A stretch of DNA of 64,000 bases. Source: Phyllobates terribilis. Its lineage: Eukaryota. The stretch covers positions 305,536,001-305,600,000 of the forward strand of contig NW_027362761.1 of NCBI RefSeq assembly GCF_046119375.1. Direction: 5' to 3'. This document shows, piece after piece, positions 35,558-46,091 of the stretch. Within the stretch, counting starts at the first letter, position 1; each line of letters opens with the position of its first letter. The notes beneath the pieces are model-generated. The model was not told the DNA's origin, did no database searches, and saw nothing but the letters and a program-made list of their open reading frames with translations. A program made the position numbers and the translations under genes.

Positions 35558-37068
35558 AAGGGAACACTCAAATAACCCATCCTAGATCTGAATGAATGAA
35601 ATATTCTCCTTGAATACTTTGTTCTGTACAAAGTTGAATGTGCTGACAACAAAATCACACAAAAATCCTCAATGGAAATCAAATTTATTAACCAATGGAG
35701 GCCTGGATTTGGAGTCACCCCCATAATTAAAGTGGAAAAACACACCACAGGCTGATCCAACTTTGATGTAATGTCCTTAAAACAAGTCAAAATGAGGCTC
35801 AGTATTGTGTGCGGCCTCCACGTGCCTGTATGACCTCCCTACAACGCCTGGGCATGCTCCTGATGAGGTTGCGGATGGTCTCCTGTGGGATCTCCTCCCA
35901 GACCTGGACTAAAGCATCCGCCAACTCCTGGACAGTCTGAGGTGCAACAAGACGTTGGTGGATGGAGCGAGACATGATGTGCTCAATCGGATTCAGGTCT
36001 GGGGAACGGGCGGGCCAGTCCATAGCTTCAATGTCTTCATCTTGCAGGAACTGCTGACACACTCCAGCCACATGAGGTCTGGCATTGTCCTGCATTAAGA
36101 GGAAACCAGGGCCAACCGCACCAGCATATGGTCTCACAAGGGGTCTGAGGATCTCATCTCAGTACCTAATGGCAGTCAGGCTACCACTGGCAAGCACATG
36201 GAGGGCTGTGTGGCCCTCCAAAGAAATGCCATCCCCCACACCATTACTGACCCACTGCCAAACTGGTCATGCTGAAGGATGTTGCAGGTAGCAGATTGCT
36301 CTCCACGGTGTCTCCAGACTCTGTCACGTGCTCAGTGTGAACCTGCTTTCATCTGTGAAGAGCATAGGGCACCAGTGGCGACTTTGCCAATCCTGGTGGT
36401 CTGTGGCAAATGCAAAGCGTCCTGCACTGTGTTGGGCCCTCATACCACCCTCATGGAGTCGGTTTCTAACAGTTTGTGCAGACACGTGCACATTTGTGGC
36501 CTGCTGGAGGTCATTTTGCAGGGCTCTGGCAGTGCCCCTCCTGTTCCTCCGTGCACAAAGGTGGAGGTAGCGGTCCTGCTGCTGGGTTGTTGCCTTCCTA
36601 CGGCCCTCTCCATCTCTCCTGGTGTACTGGCCTGTCTCCTGGTAGCACCTCCAGCCTCTGGACACTACGCTGACAGACACAGCAAACCTTCTTGCCACAG
36701 CTCGCATTGATGTGCCATCCTGGGTGAGCTGCACTACCTGAGCAACTTCTGTGGGTTGTAGAGTCCGTCTCATGCTACCATGAGTGTGAAAGCACAACCA
36801 ACATTCAAAAGTGACCAAAACATCAGCCAGAAAGCATTGGTACTGAGATGTGGTCTGTGGTCCCCACCTGCAGAATCACTCTTTTATTGAGGGTGTCTTG
36901 ATAATTGCCAATGATTTCCATCTATTGTCTATTCCATTTGCACAGCAGCATGTGAAATTGATTGTCAATCAGTGTTGCTTCCTAAGTGGACAGTTTGATT
37001 TCTCAGAAGTTTGATTTACTTGGAGTTATTCCGTTGTTTAAGTGTTCCCTTTATTTTTTTGAGCAATG
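35553..37068 (-). mobile_element. Decayed Tc1 DD34E transposon
   Basis: TIRs AATAAAGGGAACACT / AGTGTTCCCTTTATTTTTTTGAGCAATG. Frameshifted transposase 36773-35799 ([15 protein letters not shown]...PARSPDLNPIE, 34 residues between D and E). Confidence 0.93.
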
Positions 37069-37120
37069 TGTGTGTGTGTATGTATGTATGTGTATGTATG
37101 TGTGTATATACATATATATA

Positions 37121-38748
37121 TAGTACAGACCAAAAGTTTGGACACACCTTCTCATTTAAAGATTTTTCTGTATTTTCATGACTATGAAAATTGTACATTC
37201 ACACTGAAGGCATCAAAACTATGAATTAACACATGTGGAATTATATAGTTAACAAAAAAGTGTGAAACAACTGAAAATATGTCTTATATTCTAGGTTCTT
37301 AAAAGTAGCCACCTTTTGCTTTGATGACTGCTTTGCACACTCTTGGCATTCTCTTGATGAGCTTCAAGAGGTAGTCACCGGAAATGGTCTTCCAACAATC
37401 TTGAAGGAGTTCCCAGAGATGCTTAGCACTTGTTGGCCCTTTTGCCTTCACTCTGCGGTCCAGCTCACCCCAAACCATCTCGATTGGGTTCAGGTCTGGT
37501 GACTGTGGAGGCCAGGTCATCTGGCGTAGCACCCCATCACTCTCCGTCTTGGTCAAATAGCCCTTACACAGCCTGGAGGTGTGTTTGGGGTCATTGTCCT
37601 GTTGAAAAATAAATGATGATCCAACTAAACGCAAACCGGATGGAATAGCATGCCGCTGCAAGATGCTGTGGTAGCCATGCTGGTTCAGTATGCCTTCAAT
37701 TTTGAATAAATCCCCAACAGTGTCACCAGCAAAGCACCCCCACACCATCACACCTCCTCCTTCATGCTTCACGGTGGGAACCAGGCATGTAGAGTCCATC
37801 CGTTCACATTTTCTGCTTCGCACAAAGACACGGTGGTTGGAACCAAAGATCTCAAATTTGGACTCATCAGACCAAAGCACCGATTTCCACTGGTCTAATG
37901 TCCATTCCTTGTGTTCTTTAGCCCAAACAAGTCTCTTCTGCTTGTTGCCTGTCCTTAGCAGTGGTTTCCTAGCAGCTATTTTACTATGTAGGCCTGCTGC
38001 ACAAAGTCTCCTCTTAACTGTTGTTGTAGAGATGTGTCTGCTGCTAGAACTCTGTGTGGCATTGACCTGGTCTCTAATCTGAGCTGCTGTTAACCTGCGA
38101 TTTCTGAGGCTGGTGTCTCGGATAAACTTATCCTCAGGAGCAGAGGTGACTCTTGGTCTTCCTTTCCTGGGGCGGTCCTCATGTGAGCCAGTTTCTTTGT
38201 AGCGCTTGATGGTTTTTGCAACTGCACTTGGGGACACTTTCAAAGTCTGCCCAATTTTTCAGACTGACTGACCTTCATTTCTTAAAGTAATGATGGGCAC
38301 TCGTTTTTCTTTACTTAGCTGCTTTTTTCTTGCCATAATACAAATTCTAACAGTCTATTCAGTAGGACTATTAGCTGTGTATCCACCTGACTTATGCACA
38401 ACACAACTGATGGTCCCAACCCCATTTATAAGGCAAAAAATCCCACTTATTAAACCTGACAGGGCACACCTGTGAAGTGAAAACCATTTCCGGTGACTAC
38501 CTCTTGAAGCTCATCAAGAGAATGCCAAGAGTGTTCAAAGCAGTCATCAAAGCAAAAGGTGGCTACTTTGAAGAACCTAGAATATAAGACATACTTTCAG
38601 TTGTTTCACACTTTTTTTGTTAAGTATATAATTCCACATGTGTTAATTTATAGTTTTGATGCCTTCAGTTTGAATGTACAATTTTCAAAGTCATGAAAAT
38701 ACAGAAAAATCTTTAAATGAGAAGTTGTGTCCAAACTTTTGGTCTGTA

Positions 38749-38751
<3 letters not shown>
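37121..38751 (-). mobile_element. Full-length DD38E (Intruder-type) Tc1 element, copy A (1631 bp)
   Basis: TIRs of about 268 bp (37121-37388 and 38483-38751), flanked by TA repeats. Confidence 0.95.
37299..38336 (-). pseudogene. DD38E transposase with two nonsense changes
   Basis: ATG at 38336 (MARKKQLSKEKR); TGA at codon 26 (38259-38261); GRPR linker; WSDE; QDN...PIE with 38 intervening residues; a GAA-to-TAA change at 37299-37301 removes the last five residues (EEPRI) seen in copy B. Confidence 0.93.
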
Positions 38752-38787
<36 letters not shown>

Positions 38788-38793
<6 letters not shown>

Positions 38794-41665
38794 AGACCAA
38801 AAGTTTGGACACACCTTATTTAAAGGTTTTTCTGTATTTTCATGACTTTGAAAATTGTACATTCACACTGAAGGCATCAAAACTATGAATTAACACATGT
38901 GGAATTATATACTTAATAAAAAGTGTGAAACAACTGAAAATATGTCTTATATTCTAGGTTCTTCAAAGTAGCCACCTTTTGCTTTGATGACTGCTTTGCA
39001 CACTCTTGGCATTCTCTTGATGAGCTTCAAGAGGTAGTCACCGGAAATGGTCTTGCAACAATCTTGAAGGAGTTCCCAGAGATGCTTAGCACTTGTTGGC
39101 CCTTTTGCCTTCACTCTGCGGTCCAGCTCACCCCAAACCATCTCGATTGGGTTCAGGTCTGGTGACTGTGGAGGTCATCTGGCGTAGCACCCCATCACTC
39201 TCCGTCTTGGTCAAATAGCCCTTACACAGCCTGGAGGTGTGTTTGGGCTCATTGTCCTGTTGAAAAATAAATGATAGTCCAACTAAACGCAAACAGGATG
39301 GAATAGCATGCTGCTGCAAGATGCTGTGGTAGCCATGCTGGTTCAGTATGCCTTCAATTTTGAATAAATCCCCAACAGTGTCACCAGCAAAGCACCCCCA
39401 CACCATCACACCTCCTCCTCCATGCTTCACGGTGGGAACCAGGCATGTAGAGCCCATCCGTTCACCTTTTCTGCGTCGCACAAAGACACGGTGGTTGGAA
39501 CCAACGATCTCAAATTTGGACTCATCAGACCAAAGCACAGATTTCCACTGGTCTAATGTCCGTTCCTTGTGTTCTTTAGCCCAAACAAGTCTCTTCTGCT
39601 TGTTGCCTGTCCTTAGCAGTGGTTTCCTAGCAGCTATTTTACCATGAAGGCCTGCTGTGTGGCGCCCCTGAGGGTTCGACCGCCACAGGGATGCTACACT
39701 TCTCTAATGGAGTGTAGTGTTCCTCCTCTGAGGTAAGAACAGTGTGATGGTCAGGACCCTTCCTTCACATCCAACACCACACTTCTCCCACCAGAGGGGG
39801 CTAGAATGCACTAGGTGCTGCCCTCCTGGTTATCGGGAGACTGGGGAACCAAGAGATAGGGGAACCATTTAGTGGGTGAGGATGGAGGACTCACATTTTA
39901 GTGACACTTAATAATTCATATTTAATACACAGCCATCTTGGTTCATGGTCTTTGGATTGTGATCTCCCACCCTGAACGCGGATCCTGTGTGGGCCTGCAT
40001 CGGATGGAGACACAGCCCTCGTACCTTGGCCTTGGGTCGAGGGGCAGGCTGCAGATAATGTATGTCTCAGCCCGGTCAAGGACCATGACCAAGAAGGCCC
40101 GGAGCTTAAGAGTGTAGCTCCACCGCAAATGGATCCCGGGAGGATGCAGACGGAGCAGTATACGCCACCTGTCCTCTCCTACCTGATCTATTCAGAGGGA
40201 TTCCGGCTGCAAGAGGGGTACCGGCCCCCGACACCTGACCTCGCTACTCTACGTCCCGGTCAAGAAAGCCCGGTAGGCCCTGAGGATCCCACCGGGTAAC
40301 GGAAGGAATGGCGCTGCCACCCGTACCCTTTTTTTGAGTGAAGTTCAGAGGGAGACCCGGCATATCTACACACACAGACAGGAAAGGACCCGGTCTGAAG
40401 TCTAGGAACACTCTGGTGCAGGGTCCTGATTTAACACTGGACTTACTCAGAGGTTGTCGGACCCCTTCGTCTCTGGTGACCGCAGAACTCCGCGAGGAGC
40501 AGGGAGTCGCCTTCCTACTGTGATCTCTTTCGTGAGTAAAGCCTTGGAAGTTCACCCCTATGGCCTCCAGACTCTTTATTCTGCACTACACCCACTACGC
40601 AGCACCAGACCTCCTGGACTACTACCCCCTCCATCCTGTTCCTCTGCCCTGAGGCCCTGCTCCGCCTGTGGGGAGTAGTAACAACGTCGGCTGCCATAAC
40701 ACCATGCCTCGGCGGACTGCAGCAGCGCTGGTGGCCTTCACCAGGTGCCACAGGTGGCGTAGTCGAAATCAGCCACTCAACCTGGATAAGCCCATACCAT
40801 CCTTTTTAATGTGACGGCCCTGGGTACGGAGCGGGTCCGGGCCACGGCTGCACCCCATCTCTCCATCACAGGACCCGACTCCGAGTCCCCCATCTCCCAG
40901 GGTAAGGGGCTTACAGAAGGCTTTGAGGCGTCACAGCTGCACAAAGTCTCCTCTTAACAGTTGTTGTAGAGATGTGTCTGCTGCTAGAACTCTGTGCGGC
41001 ATTGACCTGGTCTCTAATCTGAACTGCTGTTAACCTGCGATTTCTGAGGCTGGTGACTCGGATAAACTTATCCTCAGAAGCAGAGGTGACTCTTGGTCTT
41101 CCTTTCCTGGGGCGGTCCTTATGTGAGCTAGTTTCTTTGTAGCGCTTGATGGTTTTTGCAACTGCACTTGGGGACACTTTCAAAGTTTGCCCAATTTTTC
41201 AAACTGACACCTTCATTTCTTAAAGTAATGATGGCCACTTGTTTTTCTTTACTTAGAATTTGTATTATGGCAAGAAAAAAGCAGCTAACAGTCTATTCAG
41301 TAGGCCTATTAGCTGTGCATCCACCTGACTTCTGCACAACACAACTGATGGTCCCAACCCCATTTATAAGGCAAGAAATCCCACTTATTAAACCTGACAC
41401 CTGTGAAGTGAAAACCTTTTCCGGTGACTACCTCTTGAAGCTCATCAAGAGAGTGCAAAGAAGTCATCAAAGCAAAAGGTGGCTACTTTGAAGAACCTAG
41501 AATAAAAGACATATTTTCAGTTGTTTCACACTTTTTTATTAAGTATATAATTCCACATGTGTTAATTCATAGTTTTGATGCCTTCAGTGTGAATGTACAA
41601 TTTTCATAGTCATGAAAATACAGAAAAATCTTTAAATAAGGTGTGTCCAAACTTTTGGTCTGTAC

Positions 41666-41667
<2 letters not shown>
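38788..41667 (-). mobile_element. DD38E element copy B, interrupted by a solo LTR
   Basis: Same TIRs and orientation as copy A, separated from it by (TA)n at 38752-38787. Carries a 5-bp deletion near 39170, the insertion at 39658-40935 and an inverted start-codon region. Confidence 0.93.
39658..40935 (+). mobile_element. Solo LTR, Gypsy-type (1278 bp)
   Basis: TGTGGCGCC...GGCGTCACA termini; 4-bp TSD GCTG (39654-39657 and 40936-40939). Removing it restores the transposase sequence GGCCTGCTGCACAAAG. Confidence 0.9.
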
Positions 41668-41707
<40 letters not shown>

Positions 41708-41719
41708 CATACACACACC

Positions 41720-42249
41720 TCGTCATCCCGCGGTGTTCTGAAAGGACCTGCGATGACGTCATTTAGTCAGCTGACAGGTCACGTGACTGCCGGTCCTTTC
41801 AGAACACCCCGGAATGCCGAGGACAGAGGACACCACCGGAGAAGGAGACCAGGGGTCACCAGAGAGGTAAGTGTAATGGGGTTTTTTTAGTATTTTTTTA
41901 CGTTTTAATTTTTTTTTTTTTTTACTAATGGTACCCGGGTCTGGAGGAGAGTCTCCTCTTCTCCAGACCTGGGTACCATCTGCGCATTGAACCGCATAAC
42001 ATTCGTATGCATACATGCGGATGTTAACGCGGTTCAATACAAGTCAATGGCGGCAATTTCGCAACATTTACGCACAAGAAATGGTTGTGCTGCGAATTTT
42101 TCCTCAGCGGAAATTTCCGCAGCATGTGCACACATGCGGATTATCACTGGGGAACATTGTAGACCTTCTACAAAGCGTTTTTTAATGCTTTTTCGCTGTG
42201 GAAATGGTGCCGCGGAAACGCATTAAATCTGCATCGTGGGCACACAGCC
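41720..42249. mobile_element. Partial PIF/Harbinger-type MITE
   Basis: Ends GTGGGCACACAGCC followed by TTA; homologous to the right half of 42747-43590. Confidence 0.7.
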
Positions 42250-42746
42250 TTACAAATTATTATTAATGGCCTTCAGCTTGATCTCGAGCCATGGCGACTT
42301 GATGGATGAATGTTCTGTAGGGAGATCAATCTTGTGCAAATGTAGATGGGTGCAACGTTATCTTGATTGTATGAAGCCATCTGGATTGCTAGTCTTCCTT
42401 GTATTATTCCGACCATGATGGCCTTCTCCAGTGATTGCTCTCTTGGTATGATGTGTCCAAAGTAGGCAAGTCAGAAATACCTACAAAAAGCAAAATGAAC
42501 ATAAACCCTGCTGTAAATAAATAAAAAGCAAAAGTGCATTTAAATAAAATAGAGTTCTTAGTAACACTGTTTTTGATCAAAAATAGTATGAAAGCTTTCC
42601 CACCGTGACAAGGTGAACCCGTTCAGGCTAGTCCTACACTGAATATTAAAAACCTTAGCATGTGTCAAAGTTGACCTCTGTGTGAATACGGGCAGACAAA
42701 GGACCGGGTCCCAAACTGTGGACACCAGCCAAGGGAAGCTATTTAA

Positions 42747-43590
42747 GGCTAAGTGCCCACGATGCAGAAATGCTGCAGATTTTTTTCGCTTCTCCCTGGC
42801 AGGAAAAACGCATGCGGATTTTACATGCATTTCTCCAGCCAGATAGAAGCATTTGTCAAGCGTTTTTGCATGCATTTCCGCATGCGGGTTATCAAGCGAT
42901 TTTAGCATCACTTGGAAAGTGCTTGACAACTTGGTCACACTATATAAATCCATGCAACTGGCATGGATTTTATATAGTGTGACCAAGTTAGTTAAAAAAA
43001 GAATAAAAATGGTAAAAAATAAAAAAAATTATACTTACCTTCTGATGGCCCCCGGTCTCCTTCTCCGGTCTCCCCGGCGGCTCGCGATGGTCTAAAAGGA
43101 CCTTCCATGACCTCATTTAGTCATGTGACAGGTCACGCGACCGCCGACGTCAGTGGTCACGTGACCCGTCACATGACTAAATGACGTCATGGCAGGTCCT
43201 TTTAGACCATCGCGAGCTGCCGGAGAGTGAGGACGCATCGCTATGGAGACAGGGGGCCATCAGGAGGTATAATGTTTTGTTTTTTTTTATTTTAAATTCT
43301 TTTTATTTATAGGTACTTATGGTACCCGGGTCTGGAGAAGAGTCTCCTCTTCTCCAGACATGTGCACATGTAGTCATGCGGATATTAAGTGATTCAATGG
43401 CAGCAATTACGCTGCGTGTCCGCAAAATTAATGGACATGCTGCGTATTTTTCCGCAGTGGAAATTTCCACAGCATGTGCATAGCACATGCGGATTATCAT
43501 TGGGGACCATGGGGCACGTATTATGAAGCGTTTTCGCTGCGGAAATTCCACGGCAAAAATGCTTGAAAAACGCATAGTGGGCACGCAGCC
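42747..43590. mobile_element. Complete PIF/Harbinger-type MITE (844 bp)
   Basis: TSD TAA on both sides; TIRs GGCTAAGTGCCCAC / GTGGGCACGCAGCC; central palindrome at about 43073-43227. Confidence 0.85.
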
Positions 43591-43599
43591 TAAATGTAC

Positions 43600-43851
43600 A
43601 AAAACAATACTAAACAGATTATTTTTATAATATATACATAATATACAAAAAAAGCACAGCAGAGAGATTGACAGCGGCATTTAACTGGTTAACACGTGGA
43701 TCGCGATTACATCTGCGGCTGTTGCGGGCACATGTCAGCTGTAAAAATCAGCTGACATGTGCCCGGTTCAGTGTGGGCTCAGCGCTGGATCCCCCGCTGA
43801 ACTGGGGGTGATGGCCTGGGGCGTACTAAAACGCCCTAGGCCATTAAGGGG
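43600..43851. mobile_element. Right-end fragment of a TTAA (piggyBac-like) element
   Basis: Ends GCGTACTAAAACGCCCTAGGCCATTAAGGGG followed by TTAA; related to the reverse complement of 51642-51850. Confidence 0.55.
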
Positions 43852-43864
43852 TTAAAATCCGAAA

Positions 43865-44740
43865 TGTTGGCCTACTGAAATGTATGTTCAGTAAATGCAC
43901 TCAATACTTGGTCGGGGCTCTTTTTGCATCAATTACTGCATCAATGCGGCGTGGCATGGAGGCGATCAGCCTGTGGCACTGCTGAGGTGTTATGGAAGCC
44001 CAGGTTGCTTTGATAGCAGCCTTCAGCTCGTCTGCATTGTTGGTTCTGGTCTCTCATCTTCCTCTTGACAATAGAATCTATGGGGTTAAGGTCAGCGAGT
44101 TTGCTGGCCAATCAAGTGATACTGTTGTTTTTAAACCAGGTATTGATACCTTTGGCAGTGTGGACAGGTGCCAAGTCCTGCTGGAGAATGAAACTTCCAT
44201 CTCCAAAAAGCTTGTAGGCAGAGGGAAGCATGAAGTGCTCTCAAATTTCTGGGCAGACGGTTGTGCTGACTTTGGTCTTGATAAAACACAGTGGACCTAC
44301 ACCAGCAGATGACATGGCTCCCCAAACCATCACTGATTGTGGAAACTTCACACTAGACCTCAAGCAGCTTGGATTGTGGCCTCTCCACTCTTCCTCCAGA
44401 CGCTGGGACCTTGATTTCCAAATGAAAATTGGAACTCTGGGACCTTGTGGAGTTTGTCAATGACTGCCTTCTGGACATCTGTCAAGTCAACAGTCTTTCC
44501 CATGATTGTGGAGCCTACTTTGCAGGTGTTTTTTGTTAATTATTCTAATTTACTGAGATAATGACTTTTGTGTTTTCATTGGCTGTAAGCCATAATCATC
44601 AACATTAACAGAAATAAACACTTGAAATAGATCACTCTGTTTATAATTACTCTATATAATATATGAGTTTCACTTTTTGAATTGAAGAACTGAAATAAAT
44701 TAACTTTTTGATGATATTCTAAGTTAGTGAGATGAACCTG
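43865..44740 (-). mobile_element. Decayed, internally deleted Tc1 element
   Basis: Minus-strand MGKTVDLTDVQKAVID start and LQQDLAPVHTAK...DWPANS.DLNP; terminus ...GATGAACCTG followed by TA. Confidence 0.85.
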
Positions 44741-44759
44741 TATATCTTGCTGGCATTAA

Positions 44760-45112
44760 AGAGGTTGTCTACTACTATAGAACATGCCCCCCATCGATGT
44801 AAACGGTATTACACCCAGCATCCCCTGCACACTTTCCCAATGAATGCAGGAGAGGGAAAGCGCGCGGTGGATTCTGGGCTGTGACGTGCAGGGCAACCCC
44901 ACCCACAGCCAATCAATCAGGGGGAGCGCGTCACAGGGTCACACCCGACGTGACATCAGCGGATGTTGGAGCCAGCTGCAGCCGCGTCACATGATGCCTA
45001 GTGAGCGGTCAGCAATATTGCCACTCGCAGGCAAGTGCAAGGTATTTGCTAAAAATCTTATTTCCACCTTTTACGTCAATGGGGGCATGTTCTATAGTGG
45101 TGGACAACCTCT
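44760..45112. mobile_element. TTAA-flanked (Kolobok/T2-type) MITE (353 bp)
   Basis: TIRs AGAGGTTGTCTACTACTATAGAACATGCCCCC / GGGGGCATGTTCTATAGTGGTGGACAACCTCT; TTAA on both sides. Confidence 0.88.
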
Positions 45113-45639
45113 TTAATACAGTTTAGATTCAATGTTTTCATGGATCTTGGCCCTTAAAGTGTGCTGCTGTGCTTTCTTGTATATTATGCAGTTACTGCAG
45201 CTGGCACCAGTTCACACTTAGGAGGTGCTGGTCAGGTTTTTTCATTATGCATTACAGGACCTAGCCATAGAAAATAGTTGGCTCAAGCTACACAGCCGCC
45301 CTGTGCACATGCCAAATTACAAGGATTTGCCAGTATTACACAGCCTTGGCCCCAAGGTTGTATATCTCTCTATGCTCCAGGAGCTATCCATCAGTCACCT
45401 GACCACTGCATCCAATCACTGGCCTCACTGGTGACCTTTGCAGGTACTGCACATGACCGCTGCGATCAGTGATTGGCTGCAGAGTCAGATGACTGATACC
45501 TGAGTAGAGGCAGAGACCCCCTCCATTCTGTTACACTCCCTGGAGAAGATGGCCTGAGGTTACATTGATGGGACCAGTCCTGTGCATATAACAAGTGGCC
45601 ACCAGCAGGGGCAGAAGGACTAGTCTGCAAGTGATGGGG

Positions 45640-45892
45640 GAGCTGCCCTACGGCCCTCGGGGAGAAGAGGCCACCACTAAGAACAAAGCCGCGGCCCCAG
45701 AGCGGGACCAGGACTCGGCGCCGTCCTCTCACAGCACGCTCCACTGTAACCCTGCAAGCTCATTGGTGTAAGCACCTCTAGAAACACGCCCCGTGCGGTT
45801 ACGTCACCGATATTGCTTGGTAACCATGGGACCCGCCTACTCTCCATAGTTACGGCACTAGCGGAGGTGGCAGCCGCCATCTTGTTGTAGAA
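45640..45892 (+). promoter_or_regulatory. UNC119B: UNC119B CpG-rich promoter and 5' UTR
   Basis: CRE-like TTACGTCA at about 45799; X-box-like ATTGCTTGGTAAC 45812-45824; YY1-like GCCGCCATCTTG 45873-45884. Confidence 0.65.
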
Positions 45893-46091
45893 ATGAGCGG
45901 GTCGAACCGAGAGGCAGAACGTAAAAAAGCAGGAGGCGGAGTGATCAACCGGCTGAAAGCGCGGAGGGTGCAGGGCCGGGAAGTCAGCGACTCCGACCAC
46001 CGGGCCGTGACTCCAGTCACCGAGCACGAGCTGCTGGGCCTGAAGGAGCTGAGACCGGAGCACGTCCTGGGCCTGAGCAGAGTCACAGACA
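45893..46091 (+). CDS. UNC119B: UNC119B coding exon 1
   Basis: MSGSNREAE...GLSRVTD; donor GTAAGT. Confidence 0.92.

Noticed and set aside
35553-44740. All four Tc1-type transposases between MLEC and UNC119B are antisense to the genes
   Set aside because: Small sample, two of the copies are probably one duplication, and sense-oriented Tc1 copies occur at 2827 and 25942.
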